Shown: positions 32,234-41,836 of the stretch, one piece after another | Numbering within the stretch: the first letter of the stretch is position 1 | How the letters are laid out: every line of letters begins with the position of its first letter | Source of the DNA: a virus | Lineage: Duplodnaviria; Caudoviricetes | Virus record (IMG/VR): IMGVR_UViG_3300010352_000284 | Span: 16,443-80,442 of that record | DNA length: 64,000 nt | Reading direction: 5' to 3' (one strand) | Notes under the pieces: model-generated | The model's input: only the letters and a program-made list of their open reading frames with translations | Told to the model about the DNA's origin: nothing | Databases searched by the model: none | Made by a program: the position numbers and the translations under genes

Positions 32234-35200
32234 ATGTCGAATTTGAATAGTTATACATATATTTGTTCTGCTGGATTAGCTTCTGTAACGTCAGCGGGTT
32301 CTCTCGGACCATATTTTTCGTTAACTCACTTCTTACCAATCTATGACTTTAGACTTGATAAGAATATATGTGATACTTCAGCAATTAATGTTAGTTCATT
32401 AAATTATACATCAGCAACACATTCTTCTTTGAGTGGTTTCGAAACAATATATAACAATTCAGAGTTGTCAGGTTTTGGTTCATATGAAATAAAAGAATTC
32501 AATGCTTTATATTATAAAAATGTTAGTGGTACTGGACCTTTATTCACGGGAAGCCTACAGAAAACAGGATCCAATAAAGTAAATTCACTTTCTGGAAAAG
32601 TTCTTCAGCCTCTTGTTTCGGCTACGTCATTCATAAGCACTACGGCACCAGGAAATCTTAGCGCAGTTGGTTCTTATCAACTTCTTACTAATGGTAATGT
32701 TTTGTCTTGGAACCCATTATCTGCTAGCTCAACTTCATGGAATTTTAGAAATTTGTATCGAGTAGTTTCATATTCTCCAAATGCAAATACTACTCCAGGA
32801 ATATGTAAAGGAAATTATAAATGCCGCATCCCAGCAGGAACAGGCTCTTTCAAATTTAACATGCTCGCAATATATGCGACAAGAGTTAATGAATATGGAT
32901 ATTATGATCCAGGAGTTGTTGGTTCTCCTTACAATCCAACATTATTTGCAATAGTATGCTTTGATACTCCTCAAGAAAAATATGATGCTGCGGGTTCAAT
33001 GAATGCTTTTGAAGCGAATGTTGAACTACAATTTTCATTACAATCTTCAGCAGCTTCTCCAGTTTATTTAAATACAGATTATTTTACAAGAATTCCAACA
33101 TCAAACGTTACATCTGCTTATGCTTTGAATTATGATGGAGATGTTGTTATTTCTTGCTCAGCCAATCCAGGATCTTGGGTTCCTAAAGCAAAACTAACAG
33201 TTACAGATTCTGAAAAAAATCAACTTCATTTGGCGTATGATGGTTTAAGATATACTGATATAACAACAAAAAGTTTTGCACCATATCCAACATATCCTCC
33301 AACAGCAAATATGTCAGTTTTAGATATTGATACAGCTTGCCCAGATGACGCTCTGATACAAGCTGGCCCAAATTGTGAAGCTACGGGAATTAAATCAATT
33401 GCTCTTGGGTGCTATTCATCAGCAACAGGATATGCGGACAATACTCCAATCGATTTCGGAAATACTGAACCGGATCCAATAACATTGTATCAAAGTGGTA
33501 GAGGTGGATATACATTCGCATATGGTGTTGAAAACTTATCACAGGGATTAGCATCTACAACATTTGGTTATGGTAACAGTGCTATTGGTTTTGGATCATT
33601 TGCAGGAGGACATTTATCATTAGCTTCTTCTGATATGAATTCTGTCAGCATTTATTATTCTGCTCCATCCGATGGTTTGAATTTCGCATATGGTTTCAAA
33701 ACATCAGCGGTTGGGGATTCTGATAATATAAATCCCGATGGCACAAGTTTATCAAGTATTTGGACTTGGCTAAATAATGTTTCAATTTACGGAGGCAATG
33801 CTGCATTAAATGTTCAAACGTTAGCAAAAGGAAATGCGAACGTTTCTTTGAACATGAATACAACGACTTATGGAACTTGTAATTTTGCAACAGGTTTCAG
33901 AACATCAGCAATTGGTAATATAAACGTTGCTACAGGAATAAATACGCTTGCAAAAAATATTTTATCACAGGCTCATGGTGATAGTACATCGGCTTTAAGT
34001 ATAATGTCTTATGCGTATGCTGGAAATGCAATTGCTGATGAAAAAGCAAAAGGTTCGTTTACATTTGGCGGTCCATCAATTCAAGGATCAGGCAATGAAA
34101 CATATTCAATAATAATTCCGGGATACAGATATATATCAATTAGTAATGGCGAAGATAGTGTTCAGGATTTTAGTCATTATAGTATTTCAATTTCTCAATA
34201 TGAAAAAACATATAATAACTCTGTTGGCAGTTTTGTATTTGGATTAGCATCATCTGCAACAGACACATCAAATCATTCAATACTATTTGGAATTAAAAAT
34301 AAAATATCTGGGCAAAATTCGAAAGTATTTGGAAATATGAACGATGTGTCATATTCTTCAGACTATTCCAGCATATTTGGCGAATCTAATGCATTATCAT
34401 ATACAAGTTATTCGCATATTATTGGATCTCTTAATAGTGAAACATACTCATCATTTTCAAATATTGTTGGTAATCGTAATATTTTAACAGCATCCCAATA
34501 CAATACTATTCTTGGGTTTACAAATCAGTTAACAAATTCAGATCAAATAAATGTTCTTGGTTCTAATAATATAGCTTCGGATGATATACGTTCAACTTAC
34601 ATAGGATTTAATAATATAGGGTCTCAAAATAATTATTCATACACTCTTGGACGAAATAACTCAATAATATCAGCCACAAATTGTTATACTGTTGGAGTTG
34701 GTAACACAATTTATAATAGTGTAAATTCCTTCGCGATTGGAAATTCTGTTACGGCTGCAAATGTTACGAATTCTGTTAGTATTGGTTTTGGTTCAGTTTC
34801 GACCGTTTCAAATTCCGTAAATATCGGTTCTTGCAATCTATCGGAACTTAATTTAAAATCCCCGGTAATCAATATTGACGCAAAATCTTGTAATCTTGGA
34901 ACCAGTACTTCAATCTCTATCAAAGCCGACAAAATTACTCTTGATGGCTATACTGGAAATATCGAAAAGTATAAATACGCTGTTGGATACAGTAGATATC
35001 GTTTTCCGCAAGGAAGCGAGGCTAATATAAAAATTTGTAAAATGCGATGTGATGAATTCTCTGGAAAAGTTGAAACTTGCTGGTTGAACATTTCTCACGA
35101 ACCTGGAAAACAATTTTATTGCTTTATTACAAACGATCCTTCTGCAATAAGGCCGTCGACTCCAACATCTCCATTTTCTTATGACCTAGTTAAGTATGTC

Positions 35201-35692
35201 ATGTTCAATCCAACAACATTTAAATTTTTTATAGGTACGGATGATTCGAATATGGATGAATACTTTAAAAATGGATATGTATTATTAATGTATTCTGAAA
35301 CGAATGTTCTTGACCCAATAGTTGATTATTATTTATTTAATGATGTTAATAAATTTTATGGATATGTGATAGCTAAAGATTCAAGCAATGATACTCATGA
35401 TTATATTCATTCGACATGTAAATTTAATGAAAATGGGCAATCATTTACATCTGATGCTGAATTTAATATTGTCACTGTTACTGACACCGCTAGGGATGTA
35501 TATTTAACATTTATTTCACGGTCTGGTCAAACACAAACGTCTGATACAATTGGACATGGGAATTTTTCAGATTATCGTATATTTACAACGTCGAATGGAT
35601 GTTATATAAATTATCTGTCTGGAAAACGGTCGAAGGATTGGGATGCTTTCTCAAATAATAGTACTATTAGAGCCGGAATGCTTCTTGGATAA
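32234..35692 (+). CDS. Tail fibre with YadA/Hia-like head repeats
   Basis: Runs of S.A.G..S.A.G and N.I.G..N repeats. Confidence 0.65.
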   Translation: MSNLNSYTYICSAGLASVTSAGSLGPYFSLTHFLPIYDFRLDKNICDTSAINVSSLNYTSATHSSLSGFETIYNNSELSGFGSYEIKEFNALYYKNVSGTGPLFTGSLQKTGSNKVNSLSGKVLQPLVSATSFISTTAPGNLSAVGSYQLLTNGNVLSWNPLSASSTSWNFRNLYRVVSYSPNANTTPGICKGNYKCRIPAGTGSFKFNMLAIYATRVNEYGYYDPGVVGSPYNPTLFAIVCFDTPQEKYDAAGSMNAFEANVELQFSLQSSAASPVYLNTDYFTRIPTSNVTSAYALNYDGDVVISCSANPGSWVPKAKLTVTDSEKNQLHLAYDGLRYTDITTKSFAPYPTYPPTANMSVLDIDTACPDDALIQAGPNCEATGIKSIALGCYSSATGYADNTPIDFGNTEPDPITLYQSGRGGYTFAYGVENLSQGLASTTFGYGNSAIGFGSFAGGHLSLASSDMNSVSIYYSAPSDGLNFAYGFKTSAVGDSDNINPDGTSLSSIWTWLNNVSIYGGNAALNVQTLAKGNANVSLNMNTTTYGTCNFATGFRTSAIGNINVATGINTLAKNILSQAHGDSTSALSIMSYAYAGNAIADEKAKGSFTFGGPSIQGSGNETYSIIIPGYRYISISNGEDSVQDFSHYSISISQYEKTYNNSVGSFVFGLASSATDTSNHSILFGIKNKISGQNSKVFGNMNDVSYSSDYSSIFGESNALSYTSYSHIIGSLNSETYSSFSNIVGNRNILTASQYNTILGFTNQLTNSDQINVLGSNNIASDDIRSTYIGFNNIGSQNNYSYTLGRNNSIISATNCYTVGVGNTIYNSVNSFAIGNSVTAANVTNSVSIGFGSVSTVSNSVNIGSCNLSELNLKSPVINIDAKSCNLGTSTSISIKADKITLDGYTGNIEKYKYAVGYSRYRFPQGSEANIKICKMRCDEFSGKVETCWLNISHEPGKQFYCFITNDPSAIRPSTPTSPFSYDLVKYVMFNPTTFKFFIGTDDSNMDEYFKNGYVLLMYSETNVLDPIVDYYLFNDVNKFYGYVIAKDSSNDTHDYIHSTCKFNENGQSFTSDAEFNIVTVTDTARDVYLTFISRSGQTQTSDTIGHGNFSDYRIFTTSNGCYINYLSGKRSKDWDAFSNNSTIRAGMLLG

Positions 35693-35694
35693 TT

Positions 35695-36141
35695 ATGACT
35701 TATAAAAAATTAGAAATATTGATACAGGTATTGAAAAAAATAAAATTGTCAGGCCCACCACAAAAAAGATTGGTAATTTTAAATGTTTTGTCAGAATTAG
35801 AAAATACGAAAACTATTTATGATTCATTGAAAAAAACATATGAAACCGATGAATTTATTGCTATGGAACAAAACAAATACAATTTTGTAAAAAAATATGA
35901 ATCCGAAATAGGAGTTCGAATATATGGCATAACGGTATCCGAAGCAGATGTAAATATTGTTCTAGAATATATAAACGAAATGAACATGACCAAAATTTAC
36001 AAAGAATATGAGGAGTTTGTTAATTTTTCAGAAACGGCCTTAGTTCCTGTGTCTCTTATAAAAATAGAAGATGTTCCTGATGACATTTTTGAAAATTTGG
36101 AACCTAATGAAATAGAAATACTATCGGAAATAATATCATAA
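35695..36141 (+). CDS. Hypothetical coiled-coil protein, possible fibre chaperone
   Basis: Follows the fibre; similar to the next ORF. Confidence 0.5.
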   Translation: MTYKKLEILIQVLKKIKLSGPPQKRLVILNVLSELENTKTIYDSLKKTYETDEFIAMEQNKYNFVKKYESEIGVRIYGITVSEADVNIVLEYINEMNMTKIYKEYEEFVNFSETALVPVSLIKIEDVPDDIFENLEPNEIEILSEIIS

Positions 36142-36160
36142 ATACAATAAACTGAAAGGG

Positions 36161-36649
36161 ATGCTTATGAAGCGTGTTGAATTGGTTGACCTATATAAGA
36201 AAATTGAAAAATTGCCAGCAAAGAATTACAACAAATATCTTTTACTTTCTATTATGAAAACAAAGATTCTTTTTAACCCGGAAATTAATAAGATAGTTGA
36301 TAAAGAACGAGAATTATATTTTGATGAACGATTTAATGAATTTGAGCAAAAACGTATCGTAATAGTTCAATCGTATTCAGAAAAAACTGAGGATGGTACT
36401 TATAAAATTGATAATGGACAATATGTTATACGTCCAGAAAGTAATAATGATGCTCAGGAAAAAATCCGAGACTTGAAAAAAGAATATTCTGAAGTTTTAT
36501 CTGAACACGATAGAAAAATATCGGAATACAATACTTTTATTAATGCTGATATTGATATAGAAATTGTCAAAACTTCATTCGAGAATCTTCCAACAGACAT
36601 GACTCCAGACGAATTTGAATTTTTATCAAGATTTGTTAAGGAAGAATAA
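36161..36649 (+). CDS. Hypothetical coiled-coil protein, possible fibre chaperone
   Basis: IVQSYSEKTEDG.YKI; ATAAATA at 36138. Confidence 0.5.
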   Translation: MLMKRVELVDLYKKIEKLPAKNYNKYLLLSIMKTKILFNPEINKIVDKERELYFDERFNEFEQKRIVIVQSYSEKTEDGTYKIDNGQYVIRPESNNDAQEKIRDLKKEYSEVLSEHDRKISEYNTFINADIDIEIVKTSFENLPTDMTPDEFEFLSRFVKEE

Positions 36650-37176
36650 TGTTACCAAACGTCCAACATTCTGATAAGTGGCGGGTTATTTTTAGCAACA
36701 TCCCCGGATTTATTCCTGGAAGCTATAACAATTTTACTAATTTTGATTTGTATGAATTGTATATTAAAACTATAAATTTCCCGTCGTTGGATGTTCAGTT
36801 TGTAGAATCTGATTTTAAAAACTATCATATAAATCATCCAATTTCAAAAATAAATAATGATTTATCAGATATTACCATAACATTCAAACTTTCGGAGGAT
36901 ATGTTAAATTATCATTACATTTATAATTGGATGAAGGGTTTAAGGAATCAGATAAATATAAACTCCGAAAAATACTTTAGGCAAAACTTTATAGATGAAT
37001 TTAAAATAATATTTTTGGACAATGAAAAGCGACCAAATGTAAAATACACTTATAAAAATTGTTTCGTGTCAAATATTAGTTCTTTGAATTTGACTCAAGG
37101 AATATCAGATGAATTGACCTTTGATGTAACGTTAATATATGAAGACTACGATGTTCAATTTGTGGAACCTTGTTAA
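36649..37176 (+). CDS. Tail completion protein, T4 gp3-like
   Basis: INFPSL, ITITFKLSEDMLNYHYIYNW, YKNCF..NIS.L, FDVTL.Y. Confidence 0.7.
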   Translation: MLPNVQHSDKWRVIFSNIPGFIPGSYNNFTNFDLYELYIKTINFPSLDVQFVESDFKNYHINHPISKINNDLSDITITFKLSEDMLNYHYIYNWMKGLRNQININSEKYFRQNFIDEFKIIFLDNEKRPNVKYTYKNCFVSNISSLNLTQGISDELTFDVTLIYEDYDVQFVEPC

Positions 37177-37189
37177 TATAAATATTCCT

Positions 37190-37702
37190 ATGAAGTGGTT
37201 ATTGATTATTAGCGCATGTTTGTTAGTTTGTTCAATTCTTCTAAATGTATTGTTTGTAAATGAAAAACCTGTAATAAAAATTCAAAGAGAAATTCATTAC
37301 ATTCAAACAACCAGACACTCACAAAGTAAAAAATCGGATAGTTTAGTTACTTCAAATATAAGCAAATACAAAGTCAAAAAACAGCAATTAGAAACAATGA
37401 CTCCAAATGAAATAGAATCAACATTTGTTTCAGAAATCAAAGATACTAATGAACTTGAAATAATGAAAACTTGTTTAGAATACAAATATCAACATGAACA
37501 AGATTCTGCTAATTTTGAAATAATTAAAACTGATAGAGATAGCTGTAATGAGCAATTAGATAATATTGTTTCAAAATCTGATGCTCTCGTTAAAGAATCA
37601 CAAAAGAATTCTCAAAAAAATTATTTGAAGGGAATTCTTCACGGCTCAGTTATAACGGGTGGAATTTTTGGACTTATTAAAATTGGATTGTTTATACTTT
37701 AA
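37190..37702 (+). CDS. Membrane-anchored coiled-coil protein (possible spanin)
   Basis: N- and C-terminal hydrophobic segments; TATAAATA at 37177 favours ATG37190. Confidence 0.45.
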   Translation: MKWLLIISACLLVCSILLNVLFVNEKPVIKIQREIHYIQTTRHSQSKKSDSLVTSNISKYKVKKQQLETMTPNEIESTFVSEIKDTNELEIMKTCLEYKYQHEQDSANFEIIKTDRDSCNEQLDNIVSKSDALVKESQKNSQKNYLKGILHGSVITGGIFGLIKIGLFIL

Positions 37703-37722
37703 TTCTTTGGAGACACACTTAT

Positions 37723-37872
37723 ATGAAGGACACTGAAGACATAAATTGGAGAAACGATGACTCTGAATTTGGTTTTGAAGAACTAAGTGCTTGGAGGTCA
37801 TTGGACGATTATCCTGAAAGAGAAACAATATTCTTAGATGACCCAGAGGATTTGGAACAGGATTTTTTTTGA
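37723..37872 (+). CDS. 49-aa highly acidic peptide (not in the ORF track)
   Basis: SD GGAG at 37709; MKDTEDINWRNDDSEFGFEELSAWRSLDDYPERETIFLDDPEDLEQDFF. Confidence 0.5.
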   Translation: MKDTEDINWRNDDSEFGFEELSAWRSLDDYPERETIFLDDPEDLEQDFF

Positions 37873-37957
37873 AAAACTTATTATGACGAATGCTAATTAA
37901 AGAAGAATGGACCAATATCCAATTCTTCTTTTTTGTTTTCACCCAAAAGGAACCACC

Positions 37958-38938
37958 ATGGCGAAGCAACCGATAAAGAAAAATAAAAAAGAACAGAAGA
38001 TTGATGAAATAAAAGTCACACCATCTGTTACGTATGTTGCTGATATTGATTTAATGAGATTCTTATGTCCTGAAGATGTTGTTAAAATTAAGAAAACGTT
38101 TGATGTCAAAATTGATATAAAAAATGAACGGTTCTATATAACCTCTGACAATATTAGAAATTGCCGAAAAGCAGCCAACGTCCTTGAAAAACTATTTGAT
38201 TGGTTTGATTCTGACGTGTTTGTGGAAGCTGAGGCTGTAGACGACCTGATAGATGAATACCTGCCTAAAATATATTCTGAAACAAAATACAAGAATATTT
38301 TCACGACTGTTGATGGACGCGAAATCTCCCCAAGAACAATTAATCAAGAACGTGTTGTCAAAACCATCAAGAACAAGAAGATTTCGATCATTGGCGGCTG
38401 TGCCGGAGGTGGAAAGACATTGTTTGCCTTGACTCTTGGATTGAAGTTCTTGTTTGATGGTCGGTTCAATCAATTGGTCATCACTCGTCCAATTTCAACA
38501 GTTGGAAATTCTCTTGGTTATATGCCAGGAGATGTTGATGAAAAAATCCAGCTTTATTACGAAACAATCTACGCAGAATTGTTTAATCTTGTCGGGGATA
38601 AAGTTCTTGCCCAAATGATCACAGAAAAGAAAATCGTGTTCACACCAGTTAGCTTCCTTCGAGGAGCAACGATGGATGATTCTTATATTGTGATTGATGA
38701 AGTTCAGAACCTTACGGAGCATGAACTGAAGACAATTTTAACAAGACTTGGAATTAATTCAAAGATTGTTCTCACGGGTGATAGTAGCCAAGTAGATATT
38801 AAGAATGTGAAAGACACTGCGCTTGATATTGCTATTGAAAAACTATCAGACCTTGAAGATGTTGGTGTTGTCAAGATGACTGAACACGACATTCAGAGGT
38901 CCAAACTTGTAGCAGATATTGTTAGGATGTTTGACTAA
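37958..38938 (+). CDS. phoH: PhoH-family ATPase
   Basis: GCAGGGKT, ITRP, LGYMPGD, LRGAT..DEVQN, GDSSQVD. Confidence 0.92.
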   Translation: MAKQPIKKNKKEQKIDEIKVTPSVTYVADIDLMRFLCPEDVVKIKKTFDVKIDIKNERFYITSDNIRNCRKAANVLEKLFDWFDSDVFVEAEAVDDLIDEYLPKIYSETKYKNIFTTVDGREISPRTINQERVVKTIKNKKISIIGGCAGGGKTLFALTLGLKFLFDGRFNQLVITRPISTVGNSLGYMPGDVDEKIQLYYETIYAELFNLVGDKVLAQMITEKKIVFTPVSFLRGATMDDSYIVIDEVQNLTEHELKTILTRLGINSKIVLTGDSSQVDIKNVKDTALDIAIEKLSDLEDVGVVKMTEHDIQRSKLVADIVRMFD

Positions 38939-39555
38939 TGATTCAAATAAACACTGGCAATGAATTCGTTGATGATTTTATTGCCCATGTTGATTCGCAG
39001 CTCAAAAAATCGAAGAACACTTTGGTTTTTCATCTTGGAGATAATTTGGAGATTGACGGCTCTGATGTTGATGGGTATTATTGCGAAGACGAAAAACAAT
39101 TAGCAATCTCGTATGATAGTGGGTTGTCTTTCGTTGGAGTTCTCGCCCACGAATTTAATCATTTTATTCAAGCCAAAACAAAAACAACAAAGTGGCTCAA
39201 TTTGAATTATAATGGTAACAATTGCTATGAGCTTTGGTGGGATTGGCTGAACAACGTGATTGAATTGTCTGATGATGATTTAGAACAAGTTGTCAGAAGA
39301 GTCCAAGATGTTGAGTGGGAATGTGAAAATATGACTATTCCAATGTTAGAAAAATTCAATCTCCCTGTTGATAAAGAAAAGTATATTGGTTCCGCAAACT
39401 CATATATTTTGTTTTTTCAATATGCCAAAACAACAAGGCGATGGTATGAACAAGGCGATGGACCAGATAACGAAAACATAATTCGCTATTTACCAAAAGA
39501 AAAAATGGTAGATGAATACTATCACCTACCATTTGGTCTTGAACTATTGTTTTGA
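38938..39555 (+). CDS. Putative zincin metallopeptidase
   Basis: LAHEFNH (HExxH) and a downstream EWECE. Confidence 0.55.
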   Translation: MIQINTGNEFVDDFIAHVDSQLKKSKNTLVFHLGDNLEIDGSDVDGYYCEDEKQLAISYDSGLSFVGVLAHEFNHFIQAKTKTTKWLNLNYNGNNCYELWWDWLNNVIELSDDDLEQVVRRVQDVEWECENMTIPMLEKFNLPVDKEKYIGSANSYILFFQYAKTTRRWYEQGDGPDNENIIRYLPKEKMVDEYYHLPFGLELLF

Positions 39556-39556
39556 T

Positions 39557-39940
39557 TTAGCCATTAAGGAGAGTTATTGGACTTGCTCCTACCTTTTGAA
39601 CATGGTCGGAGCACTTCTTCAATTCCTTCTCAATATTTTCTTTGGTCAATAGAAGCTGCTTTTGAGAAATCTTGAACACTGCTTCGTTGCTCTTAGAATC
39701 TCGGATCTTGAAAATCACATCAGTTCCAAGTGTTTCGATGTAAAGGTAGTCTCCAAACTCATTGCGAACACCACCAAGAATATCAGCAGAATTGAACGTA
39801 ACAGTCTCCATTAGGGATTTGTCCTTTGTTGAATGGGGTTTGAGTCCTTGACCATGAGCAATTATAGAAGGCTTAGCAATAGATGGTGCAGGTGCTACTC
39901 CTCCAGAGATAAAGTTCCCTTCTTTAATTGGATTCGTCAT
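39557..39940 (-). CDS. Hypothetical protein
   Basis: SD AGGAG; own sigma70-like promoter at 39963-39991. Confidence 0.6.
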   Translation of the reverse strand: MTNPIKEGNFISGGVAPAPSIAKPSIIAHGQGLKPHSTKDKSLMETVTFNSADILGGVRNEFGDYLYIETLGTDVIFKIRDSKSNEAVFKISQKQLLLTKENIEKELKKCSDHVQKVGASPITLLNG

Positions 39941-39962
39941 AGAAACTCCTTCGTGGGCAACT

Positions 39963-39991
39963 AATGTACTCAATTAATTCTTCCAAGTCAA
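39963..39991 (-). promoter_or_regulatory. sigma70-like promoter TTGACT-17-TACATT
   Basis: Exact 17-nt spacer beginning TGGAAGAA. Confidence 0.65.
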
Positions 39992-39997
39992 GCCCAA

Positions 39998-41815
39998 TCA
40001 TCCAATCATTTTCAAAAAGTCGTTCAATGATACTACTTTGACTCCGAGACTTTTTGCCTTTTTTGATTTTTCGCTGTTTGAATTCACATCCTTCACAACG
40101 AGAATGTCAAGATTTTTGCTCACTCCACTTTTCTCTTCCCATCCAGCATTCTTGGCTTTTTGCTTTTGTTCTTCATTCAACCGAACTCCAGTGATACAAA
40201 ATTTCTTATCACCAACAGTTTCAACTTCATCATAAATTTCCAGAATTTCACACGCATTAGATATCATTTCCAGCTTATCATGAAGTTCTTGAATGATGTT
40301 TGAATTGAAGTTTGATAGTGATTCTAGATTTGAAAATTCCCCTGTCCCATTTACATAATTCTCAAACTTGAACCCAGAATTCACAATAGCTCTTGATGCT
40401 CGTTCTCCACATCCGTTTAAGAATGTTTTGTAAATCACTTTTGAATTGATTGGATTGTACATAGCATCAAACAACATATCAATCAATTCCACCTTATCAG
40501 AGCCTATTCCTGGAATTTGTGAAAAATCAACCTCATCATCAAACAGAACCAAATCCAGAACAGAATGAATGTCAAAATAATCAAAAACCTTTTCCAGAGT
40601 CTTTTCCTTCAATCCTTCTGGGGCAATTAAATTACAGAACTTATACAAATATTCATGTTCAATGTTTGGGCATTCTGGATTGACACAAAACATGTGAGCG
40701 CCGTTGAACTGAGCAAGAGAATCGCAAACAGGGCAACGAATTTCCGAAAGAACGACCTCATCCCCGGAAGAAATGACCTCAGTGATGACAGGGATGATTT
40801 CCCCACTCCGAACCACCTTGACTCTGTTGTTCTTTTTCAGAGGAAATAATCCAAGCAATTTGGCGACAGACATCGACCCAAGAGACGCACGGGAAATCAA
40901 ACTGCCTGACAAATTCACAGGGTCCAGAGCGGCAACTGGAGTCAGTCTTTGAGCCGTTCCAATTTCAATCTCCAAATTCAAAACTTCAGTCTCAGCAAAT
41001 TCGTCCTCAAACTTGAACGCAAACAATTCACCAGTTTCCGAATTCCTGAACACAATTCCATCACACTCGTATTGAGAATTCTCAACAAGATGCTTCAAAT
41101 ATTCCAATGTTACAGGAACACCATTGGCAAACACCGGCTTCTGAGATTCGACTGGATAATACTTGCTCCAATCATAATCATATAAATTCTCACCAGTGTC
41201 GCAATCAATAAACGTGTACTTGACAGAATCAACATGCTTCAACACTTCTTGATAATCTGTCTTCCTCGAAATGGCTCCAGCAACAGCATTCCGGCTCGCC
41301 TTCTCAATATTAAATCCATTCTCAGTTGTGTATTTTGATTTTGGTAGCACTACTTCACCACGAACAGCAACCAGTCTTCTCTCTTTTAGGAAATCAATCT
41401 TGTTTGGAACTTTATCACATTCGACAAATCTCTTGGTTCGAATGATTCCAATATTATCCGAACCACGAGTAACAATGTTTTGTAATACACCATATTCAAA
41501 ATAATCAACAGTCGAATTTCCATCAAGCTTCAAAGCAAATGTCGCATTCTGGTCAAGCTTGGAAATCACTTCATCCAAATCCCTATACTTGTCAATACTT
41601 CCAACTTCAATAGGGTGTTTGAACTTTTCTTTCTCATCATCCGAAACAGAATATCCTTTTCCACAAGTTCCAAAAATCTCGTTACTTGGATCGAGAGACT
41701 TTAATTCATTGTAGAAAACATCATATTGCTGGTCAGACAAATCCGAAGAACCATTCTCATAGTAATCCTGAGACGCTTTCTTTAAGATTTCAGTTAGTTC
41801 ATTAATTCTTGACAT
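39998..41815 (-). CDS. ligA: NAD+-dependent DNA ligase
   Basis: Y..G...SD.QYD, KLDG, TRG, VRGE, DGIV, AFKF, CPVC..C..C zinc finger, C-terminal BRCT. Confidence 0.92.
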   Translation of the reverse strand: MSRINELTEILKKASQDYYENGSSDLSDQQYDVFYNELKSLDPSNEIFGTCGKGYSVSDDEKEKFKHPIEVGSIDKYRDLDEVISKLDQNATFALKLDGNSTVDYFEYGVLQNIVTRGSDNIGIIRTKRFVECDKVPNKIDFLKERRLVAVRGEVVLPKSKYTTENGFNIEKASRNAVAGAISRKTDYQEVLKHVDSVKYTFIDCDTGENLYDYDWSKYYPVESQKPVFANGVPVTLEYLKHLVENSQYECDGIVFRNSETGELFAFKFEDEFAETEVLNLEIEIGTAQRLTPVAALDPVNLSGSLISRASLGSMSVAKLLGLFPLKKNNRVKVVRSGEIIPVITEVISSGDEVVLSEIRCPVCDSLAQFNGAHMFCVNPECPNIEHEYLYKFCNLIAPEGLKEKTLEKVFDYFDIHSVLDLVLFDDEVDFSQIPGIGSDKVELIDMLFDAMYNPINSKVIYKTFLNGCGERASRAIVNSGFKFENYVNGTGEFSNLESLSNFNSNIIQELHDKLEMISNACEILEIYDEVETVGDKKFCITGVRLNEEQKQKAKNAGWEEKSGVSKNLDILVVKDVNSNSEKSKKAKSLGVKVVSLNDFLKMIG

Positions 41816-41824
41816 GGTATCCTC

Positions 41825-41831
41825 CTAAATA
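41825..41831 (+). promoter_or_regulatory. Late promoter (CTAAATA)
   Basis: Upstream of ATG41837, divergent from ligA. Confidence 0.5.
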
Positions 41832-41836
41832 GTAAT

